Positions 25,181-39,109 of a stretch of 64,000 nucleotides of DNA are shown here, piece after piece. Within the stretch, counting starts at the first letter, position 1; the number at the start of each line of letters is the position of its first letter. The DNA lies in the NCBI RefSeq assembly GCF_009914755.1, contig NC_060932.1; one strand, given 5' to 3'. Origin of the DNA: the human T2T-CHM13v2.0 reference genome, Homo sapiens. The notes beneath the pieces were generated by a model. The model did no database searches, was not told where the DNA came from, and was given only the letters and a program-made list of their open reading frames with translations. Position numbers and translations under genes: made by a program.

Positions 25181-27350
25181 CTAAATAATTTTAGAAAAAA
25201 TTCTCAGCTCAAATTAGTAAGTAGATGGCTGAAAGCTTATTTTATTTGCAAGGAGACACTATAATTGGACTTTGAGAAAGGGAAAAAAAAGGCATGATTA
25301 TATTGCTGTGGTGTTGAATTGCAGAGAAGAGGGATGGACTTAAATTTATAATGTGGGTTGAACTTTTCCCATTTGTAGAGACCTCTATTGTGGAAATAAA
25401 AACGTTGTATGTAGTTTTTGTTTACTTCTCTCACCAATTCTGGGTTCTCCAATCCCAAATAATTTTTTTCCCAAAGCTGTAATTACTGAGATTACAAATA
25501 ATTCGAAGCATTGCAGCTGGTCCTGTTCTGGCATAATTCCAACACATAATCACCTGTCGTGTGCACTAATTCCTGCCATGATTAAGCCCCTTTATTCGCA
25601 GTAGGGTTTGACAGCTCTATTGTTTAAAATGTCACCCATTAATAGAACAGGCATGGGCTTGTCTGTACTTGAACTAGTTTCCTTGCATATTTCCTATGTC
25701 AGCCTCAGTTAAGCTGTTGTACTGTGTATGTGATGAGTGATCACTTTTCCTGAAGCCTGATATTGTCAATAAAAGACTAATGATATGTGAGACCACAGCT
25801 TAGTTAGATATAAACATAGATTCAAACAAAGCCTTCTAGAAAACATTGGAAAGAGAATTTAATGGGCTCCACACTAGAGCAGTAGACACAGAATTGTTTT
25901 GGTGTCTTTTAAGACAAAAGGGCCACACTTACACATGACGATAATACCGTTTTTCCTTGTTGTGGGAAAACAAGCTTCTGACTGAACCTGAAAATTTACC
26001 ATTTGAAAATGTCTCTACAATATATTTTTAATATATTACTTTTAATGAAGGTAATCTTTTCAAAATCTTTTTGTTATTTTTCTAAAACTCAACTCTAAAT
26101 GCTAATTAAATGTGACAAATCTTATGAAACTGCTTACAGGGATACAGAGCCTACTTCAAGTAAAAGAAGAAAGTAAATACCTTCTATAGGTGACCTTGAA
26201 AATGGTAAATTACAACCACTGATTTTGTTGTTCGAACTGAAAATTTTGTGCGATCCTAAAAAGCTCCATTGAGAAAAATTGGCACAGTCCTAAACTGACC
26301 CAAATGGAGATGCCAGAAGGAATAAGGAAGGCTTTGTGTTAATGCTTAAGTTCCATCTCCCGACCATATCTTATTCAAATTCATGCATGCTTTGCTAATA
26401 TCTTTCACCTGCTACTGTTAGCATTTGTGGTTGCAGCTAGATTTCTACAGTTCTTAATCAAATAGCAGCCTCCTTCTGTTTCTGTAACCCACAAAGACCA
26501 TGTGATCACGTCTGCAGTCATTTCCATTGTCTACTGTTTGCCTAAAGTTTGATCACAGACCACAGCAAGTTACAGTGATTGTGCAGAGAGTTGTCTGAGA
26601 AGAATGTCTTTCCCAGATCTATTTGGTCCACCAGCTGCAAAGGTCAATCATAGATAGATAGTATCAGAACTCCCAACTCCTACATTTTCAGCCTGTACCC
26701 AGAAGGAGGGCCCTTCTGATTGCTGACTCAAGACCTTCACTCACTTGCATTATTTTATCACCAAGTCCTAGCACTTCCCTTATACATATTGAAGATTTTA
26801 TTCCTAATGGATCAAGAAGCTTGAAAGGCCAATCAAAAAGCTATCCTCTCAGCCAATAAGAGGTAAAGGATACATGTTTTCTTTGAAAAAAGAAAAAAAA
26901 AACTTTTGTCCTTGGGTCAGCCTCTCAGTGACCTATAGGAAAAAACAGACAGAGAGTCTTTAGGAGGTATAAACAGAAAAGAATTGATACTTGGGAAAAA
27001 GATTTTAAGAGTGGAGGATTCTAAATATAGTTTCAGAATTCTGCCTTTCTATCAGCACAATATAAAGTCATTTAACATGTTGTTTGTGCTTTCATTCCAA
27101 GAAGCACATAGATGAATGGGCGTGGAGAGAGCCAGGCATCAAGCCAATGCATTGTGTAGGGGCTCTGTCCTGGGCAAATTTTCCCTTTCCCTCCTCCTCC
27201 TTCCCTAAATCCCAACATGCTGCCAACAAACAACTCTAGCCAGGACAGATAAATTTCACCACTTGTAAAATTAGGCAAATATGTAGATAGCAGAGCAAAT
27301 TGTTACTTAGACTGTGCCATGTTTCTAAAAATAAAAACAGTAACAATTAC

Positions 27351-27518
27351 CCTTGAAACTGCTTGTTAAAATGTCTAAAACTCTTTCAAAAATAATAGTT
27401 AGAAATGCTATTGAATCATCAATTATTTTCTTAATGCCACCTGTTAATTGCCATAAATCCTCCCCTGTGGACATAGTTATTCAGCCTGTTACAGACGTAA
27501 TTCACCTTTACATAATTT
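27351..27518 (-). pseudogene. Pseudo-exon whose 3' part reads GEDLWQLTGGIKKIIDDSIAFLTIIFERVLDILTSSFK
   Basis: GTATTTTTTCAG| acceptor, AGG|GTAATT donor; 5' part needs a frameshift near GGGG (KLCKGELRL*QAE*LCPQG); the phase-1 end does not directly fit the phase-0 start of 24931-25180. Confidence 0.55.
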
Positions 27519-28129
27519 CTGAAAAAATACATGCAAATCGAATTTTGTAAATTGTATAACATTTTAAACATGTGTGGAAAGTTTTCTATCTGAAAAAAAA
27601 GCCCAGAGTCCATTTGAAAGGGAGTGCAAGAATTTAATATTATAAATGAAAATTGATTACAATAAAAAAATTATCCTACTTTATTGGCTCAGTATTTTTA
27701 ATATCCCTACTCTTTAGAATTTCTTCAAGCTAGTAACATCCATACAGAATGGCATAAGCTTAAGAGGTTGCATGTATATATTATATACATGTATAATAGT
27801 TGCTTATTAGAATCTCATAATAAAGTACACCAATATTTTCCATGTCAGGTCATTATTTCCCCATGGAGAGCAACTAAATATGCCATGTATGACTATTAGA
27901 AAAGTCTGTTACAGCTTTAGGCAGTATAAATATCTTCAAAAGCATGGGATCTGGAGTTAGGCAAAGATATATTTGATTCCCATCACTTTCAGTAGCCTTG
28001 GGAAAGTTGTTTATACATTCTAAGACTCAGTTTCCTCAACTGCTGCATGGGGAATAACAGTAGTTCTATCTTCAGAAATTCATGGCATATAAAAACACTT
28101 TGCATAGGGCAAATTGATCAAGACTGCAA

Positions 28130-29135
28130 TGATACCATGTCAGTCACTTCTGGCTGAGAGAATGCTGTGTAACAACTTCCAAATCTCAGGGACTTGCAAA
28201 AACAAAGGGCATTTGTTGCTCAAGTTCCATGTCAGGAGCTGGTTGGCTGCAGCTGTGTGGTTCTGAGGCTGTACTGCAGGGAGCAGGTGGAGAATGAGGT
28301 TGCGCTGTCTGCTGATTCCTGGAGTCAGGCTGGAGCAATGGCCCCTGCTTGATATATGTTGTCCTTATGAGGGAGGGGAGAAATGCAAGAATAGTGGTAG
28401 AAATGCATACTGCTTCTTGAAGATTCTGCTCAAACTGCCACCCCATCATTTCTGACATGACATTTGACCTACATGAATCATATGGCTAAGCTCAAAGTCA
28501 ATGGAGCAGGGATGTGCATTCCGTATCAGAAAGAAGGCAAGTCATATGGTGAAGTGTATAAATAAATATTTTGTTCAAAGGAAGGAGTGAAGAATAGTGA
28601 CAATAATACAATTGAATACATACACCAAGGAACTAAAACAGCTCTATGTAGTTGGCAATAAAAGAGGGGAATTTGCTAAAAAGACCACATTGGGGCATCC
28701 CATATGATCAAAGAAAAGGGCAGGGCATACAATCAAACTGAATCATAGACAGGGCAAACACATATATGGACTTCAAGAACAAGGGGAAACAGAGTTTTGA
28801 CACAGCTACAACTCTGTATCTCTCTTATACCTACTGGTGTTGGCTTCATTTATTTTCCCCGCCAAAGAAGATTGGATTCCATCATGAGACAGAAAACATG
28901 GCGGCCTTTGGTTTCCAAGTCTCACATTCTGCAGCTCTCCCCACTGGGGAGCACTTCCCTCCCTCTACCAGTGCTGGTTACAAAATTCCTGGAGAAGAAT
29001 ATTGTTTGAATCAGATGTCTGGGCTGGGTCCAACCTGAATCAGATGTCCCATCAACTACTGAGCTGAGCTGGGGTCATTTTCCACAGGAGCCCATGATGG
29101 AAAGGACTGGTCTGGGAACAAAACAACAAGTGGCC
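28130..29135 (-). mobile_element. Old MLT1-family LTR remnants
   Basis: AATGCTGTGTAACAAC...AAATCTCAG and ATATGGCTAAGCTCAAAGTCAATGGAGCAGG motifs. Confidence 0.55.
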
Positions 29136-29903
29136 AGCACATTAGGACATAGTACATGTATGTGTTCAAGGGTTAGAAATTATTTCTAGAGCTGGTAGTA
29201 TTTTACTTTATACATTTTACATATGTTTTTTATGTAGCACAACAGCTCTATAGGGAACATTTCAGTGATACAAGTTTAAATTTCCATATATAATTTTGAT
29301 TGGCCTTTGGAGCCTGAAAAGACTAATTAAGAAGCAGCCTGCCTTCATGGAAAGAATACCCAATGGGCAGACAGGGAGGAGATTTTAGTAAACAGTGCTG
29401 GCTCTGCACTAACTTGCTGGGTTACTATAAGTACGTTGCTTGAACTTGCTAGTCTCTTACTTCCTCTAGCATGAAGTCCAAATTAGCTAGCCCTGCCATA
29501 TTCTTGCATCCACTGTCTTTACAGACTTACTGTCTTCTCTCTTCACCTACCTCCCCCATCTCAAGTCTTACATTCCAGCCTCAACTGTACCTCTTTTTTT
29601 TTTTTTTTATACCTGGCTTCATTCTAAAAGGAGGCAGTAGAAGGCTAAACAGGGACTTGCTTCTGCAGAAAATCAGGTCAGGATCCAAGTCTGTGCTTGC
29701 AGCTGTTTCTCTGTCCAGCTACTTGACCTTGGGCTTGGCTTTGGACCCTTAGTGTCCAGGTTGCTGTCTGAACCTTCAGCTCCTTTCAACCACTCTGGTG
29801 CTTCTTGTGTTTCTCAGTCTCCTCTCTGTCCTATAGTCATGCTTGAAGGTAGGTGGGAAAGAGAGAGGGGGAGGTTTCTAAACTGAAACACATATTGAAC
29901 CTA

Positions 29904-30225
<322 letters not shown>

Positions 30226-30597
30226 TAGAGTGAAGGCTTGGAAGAAGACTGCCTGGTTTCAAGTCTTGGCATAACCAATTATCATCTATGTGGACTGGTT
30301 CAAGTTATTTACCAGACTGTCAATGTCTTCATCTATAAATGGGAATAATGGTTTGTGTGAAGGTTAAATGAGTTAATACAAAGTGCTAGACCAGTGCTTA
30401 GTAATAGCAAATGCTCAGTAAATGTTAAAACTATTTTTAATTGGTCTAGGTTGATGTATAGTGGAAGTGTGTCTATATAAACTATGTATAGTATATATAC
30501 TTTATGTATGTACATACAAAAAACAATCATACACAGACACACATACAAGAAAGAATTGTCCTTCTTTCACAAAGGAGAAGGATCACAGTAAGATTAC

Positions 30598-30791
30598 TCT
30601 GTGCTTGTATTACTACAGAATTTCCTGGGCCACATTTCATCTTTCCAGCAGCAAACAGGACCTGGAAGGCAATGTATAGATGGTTGTTCTGCCGTTGTTA
30701 GAGATGGCTTCTCTACAGTCCTCCAGTGGGGACCTTCTGGGTTCATCTTGAAGTGTGTATAGCAATGCCATTCTTTTGTTTGTGCAGTGAC
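30598..30791 (-). pseudogene. Pseudo-exon (G)HCTNKRMALLYTLQDEPRRSPLEDCREAISNNGRTTIYTLPSRSCLLLER*NVAQEIL**YKHR
   Basis: AAATTCTCCTCAG| acceptor, AGA|GTAATC donor, 194 nt, phase 1->0; three stops near the 3' end. Confidence 0.5.
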
Positions 30792-30910
30792 CTGAGGAGA
30801 ATTTGTGAGTCTACAAAACCGCTCTCTAATTTACCCAGGTGCATCATGGTGAGGAGACCAGAAGAAGAGCATTGGAGTTTCACCCTCTCCCTCACAACTT
30901 TCATGCTCAC

Positions 30911-30967
30911 CTTCAGACGAACTAGCTTACAGCTGCCGCAGAATTTTCAAATGACTATTTGACTCCA
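30911..30967 (-). pseudogene. Small pseudo-exon ESNSHLKILRQL*ASSSE(G)
   Basis: TTACTTCAG| acceptor, strong AAG|GTGAGC donor, 57 nt, phase 1->1, 119-nt intron to the next exon. Confidence 0.45.
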
Positions 30968-31549
30968 CTGAAGTAATTTTGAAATGATTATTTTTAACTA
31001 AGTACATAAGCAGTAGGTAAACATGGGGAAATTTCTGAGGTTGTTATAGGAAGTGAGTGTTTTAAATTCCTGACTTTTCATTATTTAGACAAAGCTCTAT
31101 TTCGATGGCATTCTCTAAGAAAAAAATAGTTTTTCAGTGGCAAAGACCACATATTAAATCAATTTCTGAAGCCATGAATCTTCATATTACTTGATGACAA
31201 TGTCAGTGGTCATTCTAGATTATTCACATACTTTATATCTCAGATACTGAAATACAGAAATTGCCATAAATAAGACAGAATACAGAGGACAGCAGTGTAC
31301 CATTATACTATGTATACAGACTTCAGAATAATTCCAAAATAGGTATAAAATCTGGAGCCAAGACTTAAAATTATCTTTACTTACTTTTGGCACATGACAT
31401 GTTCTTCCTATTTTGACTATTTCTTAACATTTTTGGAAATTTTTAGGATACTTCAGATAGAATGGTACAATGAATGTCTGTAAGCCATACCATGGTAAGC
31501 TTAACATATGGACATTTTTTTACTCAATCATAATGCAGATACTCTCTCA

Positions 31550-34010
31550 TCTCCTATTGAATTTTCTATAATAAAATTCACCCTTTTTGGTGTACAGTTC
31601 TGTGAGTTTTCACAAATGCATAAATTTTTGTAACCACCACCATAAGACAGTTACACCATTATATAAAAAATTCATCTTACCACCCCATTGCGGTGAAACC
31701 TTCTCTCTAATTGCCACTGAGCTATTCTGCATCTCTATAATTTTGCCTTTGCAAACGTGTTGCATATTCTTGAGTGTGTTACATTGCTTGGGTCTACTGC
31801 AACTTATTTATCCACAGACCAGCTGAAGGACATTTAGACTGTTTCCAATTTGAGGGGATTATAAGTAAATCCTCACCTACAGATATTTATGTGAATATTT
31901 TCATTTATTTTGGGTTGATGCCTGAGAGTAGGATTGCTGAATCATAGTAAGTACATATTCCATTTCTTAAGAAATGCCCAAACTATTTTCCAAAGCAGCT
32001 ATACCATTTTGCATTCCCCCCAGAAATGTACTAGTTTTCCGGTTACTCTGCACACTCACCAGCATTTATATTGTCACTATTTATTATTGTAGGTATTTTT
32101 GTATGTGTGTAGTGCTACATCATTGTGGTTTTAATTTGCAAGTTACTGAGGATTAAATAATATCTTGAGGATATTTTATGTGCTTATTTGCCTACCCTAT
32201 ATTTTCTTTGGTGAACTGTCTTTTTAAATCATTTGTTCATTATTTAATGGACTAGACTTTTTCATATTGAGGAGGTTTGAAAGTCCTTTATATATTCTGG
32301 ATATACATGCTTTGTCAGATATGTGATTTAGATACATTTTCTCAGTCTGTAACCTGTCCCTTTCATTCTCTTAAGAGTGTCTTTCACAGAGCCAAGGACT
32401 TTAATTTGGATGATGTCCAGTTTACTAAGTTTTTCTTGTATGCATCCTGCTTTTGGTGTCATATCTAAGAACACTTTGTCTAATCCAAGGTCACAAAGAT
32501 TTCTCCCTCTATTGTCTTCTGAAAGTTTTATAGTTTCACATTTTGCATTTAGGTCTATGATTCATTTTGAGTTAATTTTTGTGTAAGCTCCAGGATATAA
32601 TTCTAGGTTACTTTTATGCCTATGGATGTTCAATTGTTTTGGCACAATTTGTTGGAAAATCTATTCTTTTTCCAGTGAAATGTCTTGGCACCCTTGTAAA
32701 AATCAATTAACCACATTTGTCTGGATATATCTTTGGACTCTTTATTGTGTTCTATTGCTCTATCTGTCTATCCTTTCACCAAACCATATTATTTTGATTA
32801 CTATAGCTTTAGAGTAAGTCTTGAAATAGGGCAGCATGTGTCCTTCAACTTGATTGCTCTGTCAAAATTGTTTTGGTTATTCTAATACCTTTGGTTTTCT
32901 ATATAAATTTTAGACTCAGCTGGTAAATATGTACAGGGAATCCTTCTGGGATTCTGAATGGAGTTACATTGAATCAATAGATTATTTGGGGAAAAATTGG
33001 CACGCTATCATTGTTTCAATACACAAACAGGTTATATCTCTTCATTTATTTAGATTTTCATCTATCTCTTTCATCAGTACTTTGCTGTTTTCAGCATATA
33101 AATACAGTATATATTTTGTTAGATTTATACCTAAATGTTTCATTTTTTGATATAATTGTAAATAATACTACTTTTTCAAATTTGATTTCCAGTTATTCCA
33201 GCTAATAGGTAGAAACATGATTGTTATTGTATAATAACCTTATATTCTGTGACCCACTAAACTCAATTATTTGTCCCGAGAGCTTTTTATAGATTCCATG
33301 GGATTTTCTTTGCAGACAATCATGTCTACATGATTGGACATTTAGATGTCCAATCTAATGGATACAGTTTTATTTCTTCCTTCCCAATTTATATGCCTTT
33401 TAATTGTTTTCCTTGCTTTGTTTCAGTTGCTGAGACTTCCAGGATGATGTGAACAAGAGCCATGGGAGAAAGCATCCTGGCCTTGCACCTGGTCTGATGA
33501 AGACAGCACTTGGTCATTCACCACCCTACTCTGGAGAATGTTACTCTGGATAACAGGAAGTCATCCAAAAAATTCTAGCTTGGCTTCTATCTGTGATGGT
33601 TCCAATTCAAAGTCTTTGCTACGCTGTTTGGGTCTTCCCAGCATATGCACCATATAAAAGGTTAGTCTGGGACTTGGCAGTGGTTTCTATGGAGTTCAGT
33701 TCTTGAACTTGTTGCTATGTGTCTTTGGTCCAATCCACACATACATTGCTCAGGGGTAACTCTGGAACTTATGCCAGTTTATACACAGAATTAGGCGATG
33801 CTTTTCTCCAGCTCTCTGCAATCTGGGATTTCTCCTACTATCTCTGACCCCCCCACTCTCTTTCTTATTCCTCCTCTGGAAGGATGGAGTTCTCAGAGTT
33901 TAGCCTCTAGCACTGACATGCAGTTCTACACAACCGAAGCCATCCTTGTGTCATTATTCAAGTTTTGGCCTTTGTCCCTAACAAACGTCTACTCAACGTT
34001 TGTGATCTAC
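31550..34010 (-). mobile_element. Ancient L1M (3' end, ORF2, 5' fragment)
   Basis: T-rich reverse L1 ORF2 motifs, e.g. TGATTCATTTTGAGTTAATTTTTGTGTAAG. Confidence 0.75.
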
Positions 34011-34019
34011 ACATATCCA

Positions 34020-34230
34020 CAGTCAATATGCTCTGTTACCCCTGCTGGATGCCGAAAACCATGGATATGCCTACAACCTATGTCTACTGTGTTTTTCCTA
34101 TACATACGTAACTATGATAAAGTTTAATTTGTCATAGGCTCAGTAAAAGATTAACAATAGCTAATAATTAATAGAACAATTATAACAATTATGCTGTAAT
34201 AAAAGTTTTGTTAATGTGATCTCTTTCTCC
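34020..34230. mobile_element. Tigger-family MITE fragment (MER44/Tigger7-like)
   Basis: TTTTCCTATACATAC...TATGATAAAGTTTAATTT...AGAACAATTATAACAA motif. Confidence 0.6.
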
Positions 34231-34725
34231 GCTTTCAACGGAGTCATCTTGTTCTTTTAAGATTTGAGGCTGGGCATTGACTTCTCTGTGTGTAAAAAAG
34301 TCCTACATAGCATCTTCTTCCAATAAAAGGCTGTTTCATCTACATAGAAAATATGCTTTTTAGTGTAGCCACCTTCATCACTTCTCTTAGCTAGATCTTC
34401 TGTAGCTTCTCCATCAACACTTGCCACTTCACCTTACACTTCATGTTATGAAGACAGCTTCCATCCTTAAACCTCATGAACCAACCTCTGCTAGTTTTAA
34501 ATTTTTTTCGGAGCCTTTTAAACTTCTCTCAGTCTTCATATAATTGAAGAGAGATAGGGCCTTGTTCTGGGTTAGGCTTTGACTTAAGGGAAGGTTGTGG
34601 TCAGTTTGATCTTCTATTCAGACCACAAAAACTTCCTTCATGTCAGCAATAAAGGTGTTTCACTTTCTTATCATTTGTGTTTTCACTGAGGTAGGAATTT
34701 TAATTTCCATCAAAAACTTTTCCAG

Positions 34726-35063
<338 letters not shown>

Positions 35064-35065
35064 CT

Positions 35066-35595
<530 letters not shown>

Positions 35596-36329
35596 TTTGG
35601 CACAAAAGGCTTAGCTTTTGGTCTATGTAAGCTTTCGACATGCCTTCCTCACTGAGCTTAATCATTTCTAGTTTTTGACATAAAGTGAGAGAAATGCAGC
35701 TCTTTCTTTTACTTAAACACTCAGAGGTCAATGTCGAATAATTAATTAGCCTAGTTTAATATTCTTGCGTCTTTTGGAATGGAGAGGCCCGGGGAGAGGA
35801 AGAGAGATGGAGAAGTAGGAACACACACATCATTGACAGATAAGTTCACTGCCTTATATGGGGATGGTTCATAGTGCCCCAAAACAATTACAATGGTAAC
35901 ATCAAAGATCACTGATTATATATCACCATAACAGAAATAATAATAGTGAAAATGTTTGAAAAATTTTTAGAATTACCAAAATCTGACACAGAGACATGAA
36001 GTAAGCACACACTGTGAAAAATGGTACCAACAGACTTGCTCGAAGAAGGGTTGCCACAAACCTCTGATTTGCAAAAAATACAGTATGTGAGAATTTCAAT
36101 AAAGCAAAGTGCAACAAAATGAGATATGCCTGTGTTTTCTTAGTCTGTATGTTTATATAGTATTTATTAAATCTTATTTCTAACAGCTTTAAGAATGTTC
36201 CATTTTATTACAAATGATGAAATACAATTTTCTAAATATTAACTGTTTTGTTATCAGAAATAAAAATTGTAGCATTTTATATACACATGTTTCAGTTAGT
36301 ACCAAGTTTTTTATTTTCTTAATTTTAAT

Positions 36330-36505
36330 TTTTTAAACTTTTTTCTTTCCAACTTTTATTTTAGGTTAAGGGGGTACATATGCACGTTTGTTACATAGGA
36401 AAATTGTGTATCATGACGGTTTGGTGTACAGATTACTTCATTACCCAGGTAATAAGCATAGTACCCAATAGGTAGTTGTTTGATACTCACCCTCCTCCCA
36501 CTTCT
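36330..36505 (-). mobile_element. Short L1PA 3' end fragment
   Basis: GGGGGTACATATGCACGTTTGTTACATAGG reverse 3' UTR. Confidence 0.75.
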
Positions 36506-36579
36506 GATTTTTAAGAGATCAATTTGGAAACCCCATGTAATGTCTTTTTGTTGTTGTTTTTATAAATCTTTTGGCATTT

Positions 36580-38620
36580 TTAGGATTTTTTAAACTTTTA
36601 TTTTAGACTCAGGGGGTACATATGCAGGTTCGTTATCTAGGTAATATTGTGTAATACTGAGGTTTGGTGTATGAATGATCCCATCACCCAGACACTGAGC
36701 ATAGTACCCAACAGTTTTTCAACATTTCCTTTCCTCTCCCCTCCCCAGTAGTCCCAGTGTCTATTGTTGCCATCTTTTTGTCCAGGAATACCCAATGTCT
36801 AGCTCCCGCTTGTAAGTGCGAACATGTGGTATCTGGTTTTCTGTTCCTGTATTAATTTGCTTAGGATAATGGCCTCCAGCTATATCCATGGTGCTGCAAA
36901 GCACAATATTTTATTCTCTTTTATGGCTGTGTAGTATTTCATGGTGTACATGCACCACATTTTCTTTATCTAATCAACTGTTGATGAGCCGCTAGATTGA
37001 TTGCATGTCTTTGCTGTTGTGAATAGTGCTGTAATGAACATGTGAGTGTATGTGTCTTTTTGGTAAAATGACTTGTTTTCTTTTGGCTATATACCCAGTA
37101 ATGGGATTGCTGGGTTGAATGGCAGTTCTGTTTTAAGTCCTTTGAGAAACCTCCAAACTGCTTTCCATAGTGGCTGAACTAATTTACATTCTTACCAACA
37201 GTGTTTAAGTGTTTTCTTTCTCCACAGCCTTGCCAACATCTGTTGCTTTTTGACTTCAGAAGAAGTCAAACTATCTCTCTTCACAGACAATATGATTCTA
37301 TACCTTGAAACCACTAAACACTTTGCCAAAAGGCTACTGCAACTGATAAACAACTTCAGTAAACTTTCAGGATACAAAAAATCAGTAGCATTTCTATACA
37401 TCAACAGCATTCAAGCTGACAACCAAATCAAGAATACAACCCATTTATAATAGCCACAAAAAAATTTGTAGGAATGCATCTAACCAAGGAGGTGAAAGAT
37501 CTCTAAAAGGAGAACTACAGCTAAAAGAAATCATAGATGACACAAACAAATGGAAAAACATTCGATGCTCATGGACTGGAATAATCAATATTATTAAAAT
37601 GACCATATTGCCCAAAACAATCTACAGATTTAATGCTATTCCTATCAAACTATCATCACTTTTCACAGAATTGGAAAAAAAACATTATAAAATTCATTTG
37701 GAAACAAAAAAGAGCCTGAATAGCCAAGCAATGACGTCACTCTACTTCTAACTCTAAGGCTACAATAACCAAAACATCATGGTACTGGTCCAAAAACAGA
37801 CATGTGGACCAATAGAACAGAATAGAGAACCAAGAAATAAAGCCTCACACTTATAGCCTCTAATCTTTGGGAAAAATTGACAAAAACAAGCAGTGGGAAA
37901 AGGGCTCCCTATTCAATACATAGTGCTGAGATAGCTGGCTAGCCATATGCAGGAGAATGAAACTGGACCCCTACTTTTAACCATATACAAAAATTAACTC
38001 AGAATGGATGACAGATATAAATGTAAGACCTTAAACCAGGAGTGTCCAATCTTTTGTCTTCCATGGGCCACATTGGAAGAAGAATTGTCTTGGACTACAT
38101 ATAAAATACACTAACACTAATGATAGCTGATGAACTTAAAAAAAATGCAAAAAAACTCATAATGTTTTAAGAACATTTACAAATTTGTGTTGGGCCACAT
38201 TCAAAGCCATCCTAGGCCACAGGCTGGACAAGCTTGACTTAAACTATGACAATCCTAGAAGAAAATGTAGGAAACAGCATTCTGGACATTGGCCTTGGGA
38301 AAGAATTTATGACTAAGTCCTCAAAAAAACAATTTTAATAAAAACAAAAATTGACAAGTGGGACCTAATTAGAGAGCTTCTGCACAGCAAAACAAACAAA
38401 CAAACAACAACAACAACAAAAACTATCACCAGAGTAAACAGACACCCTACAGAATGGGAGGAAATATTCACAAACTATGCCTCCAACAGAGATCTAATAT
38501 CCAGAGTCTTTCAGGAACTTAAACACTTGAACAAGCAAAAAACAAATAACCTCATTAGAAATAAGCAAAAGACATGAACAGACACTTCTCAAAAGAATAC
38601 ATACAAGCAGCCAACAATCA
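36580..38620 (-). mobile_element. Older L1PA with 5' inversion (3' part on minus 36580-37256, ORF2 part on plus 37259-38620)
   Basis: Orientation switch at ~37257; plus segment encodes [17 protein letters not shown]. Confidence 0.85.
38037..38236 (+). mobile_element. MER30 hAT MITE
   Basis: CAGGAGTGTCCAA...TGGACAAGCTTG termini; 8-bp TSD CCTTAAAC/ACTTAAAC. Confidence 0.9.
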
Positions 38621-39109
38621 TGTATTAAATTTTAAGTAGGAAGAGAATACACCATAAACACAAATGTTCCTAAGTGAGAGTAAATCTTAACTGGACATTT
38701 CTTTTTACTTTCAAGCTGATTTACCCTCTACTTAGAATTCCAGCCTGCAACTGATTTTTGCAGTTGTTTGATTCAATTATGTGATTCTCCCCATTAATAC
38801 ATTTTTCATGTGATTTTTCAGTGCTGTCACTTTGATGTCCTCAATTCCAGGTCTGTGCATTCCTTCATCTTTCCTTTACTTACATATACAGTCCTATCTC
38901 TTCTCTTATTTTAGGTTGGTCGTCCTGAATAGTGCATTTAGCCCTTCACCCATGACAATCCCAATAACAGAATGCCCCGTGGAATTGGAACATCATCATA
39001 AGGAGAGTTCCAAGACACCTCTCTATTATCTCTGAAACAATGTCTGGCCATGTGCTAGGCTACCCAGTGAAGTCTGAGAGAGTATAAGTGTGTATAAGTG
39101 TGCTGCTGC

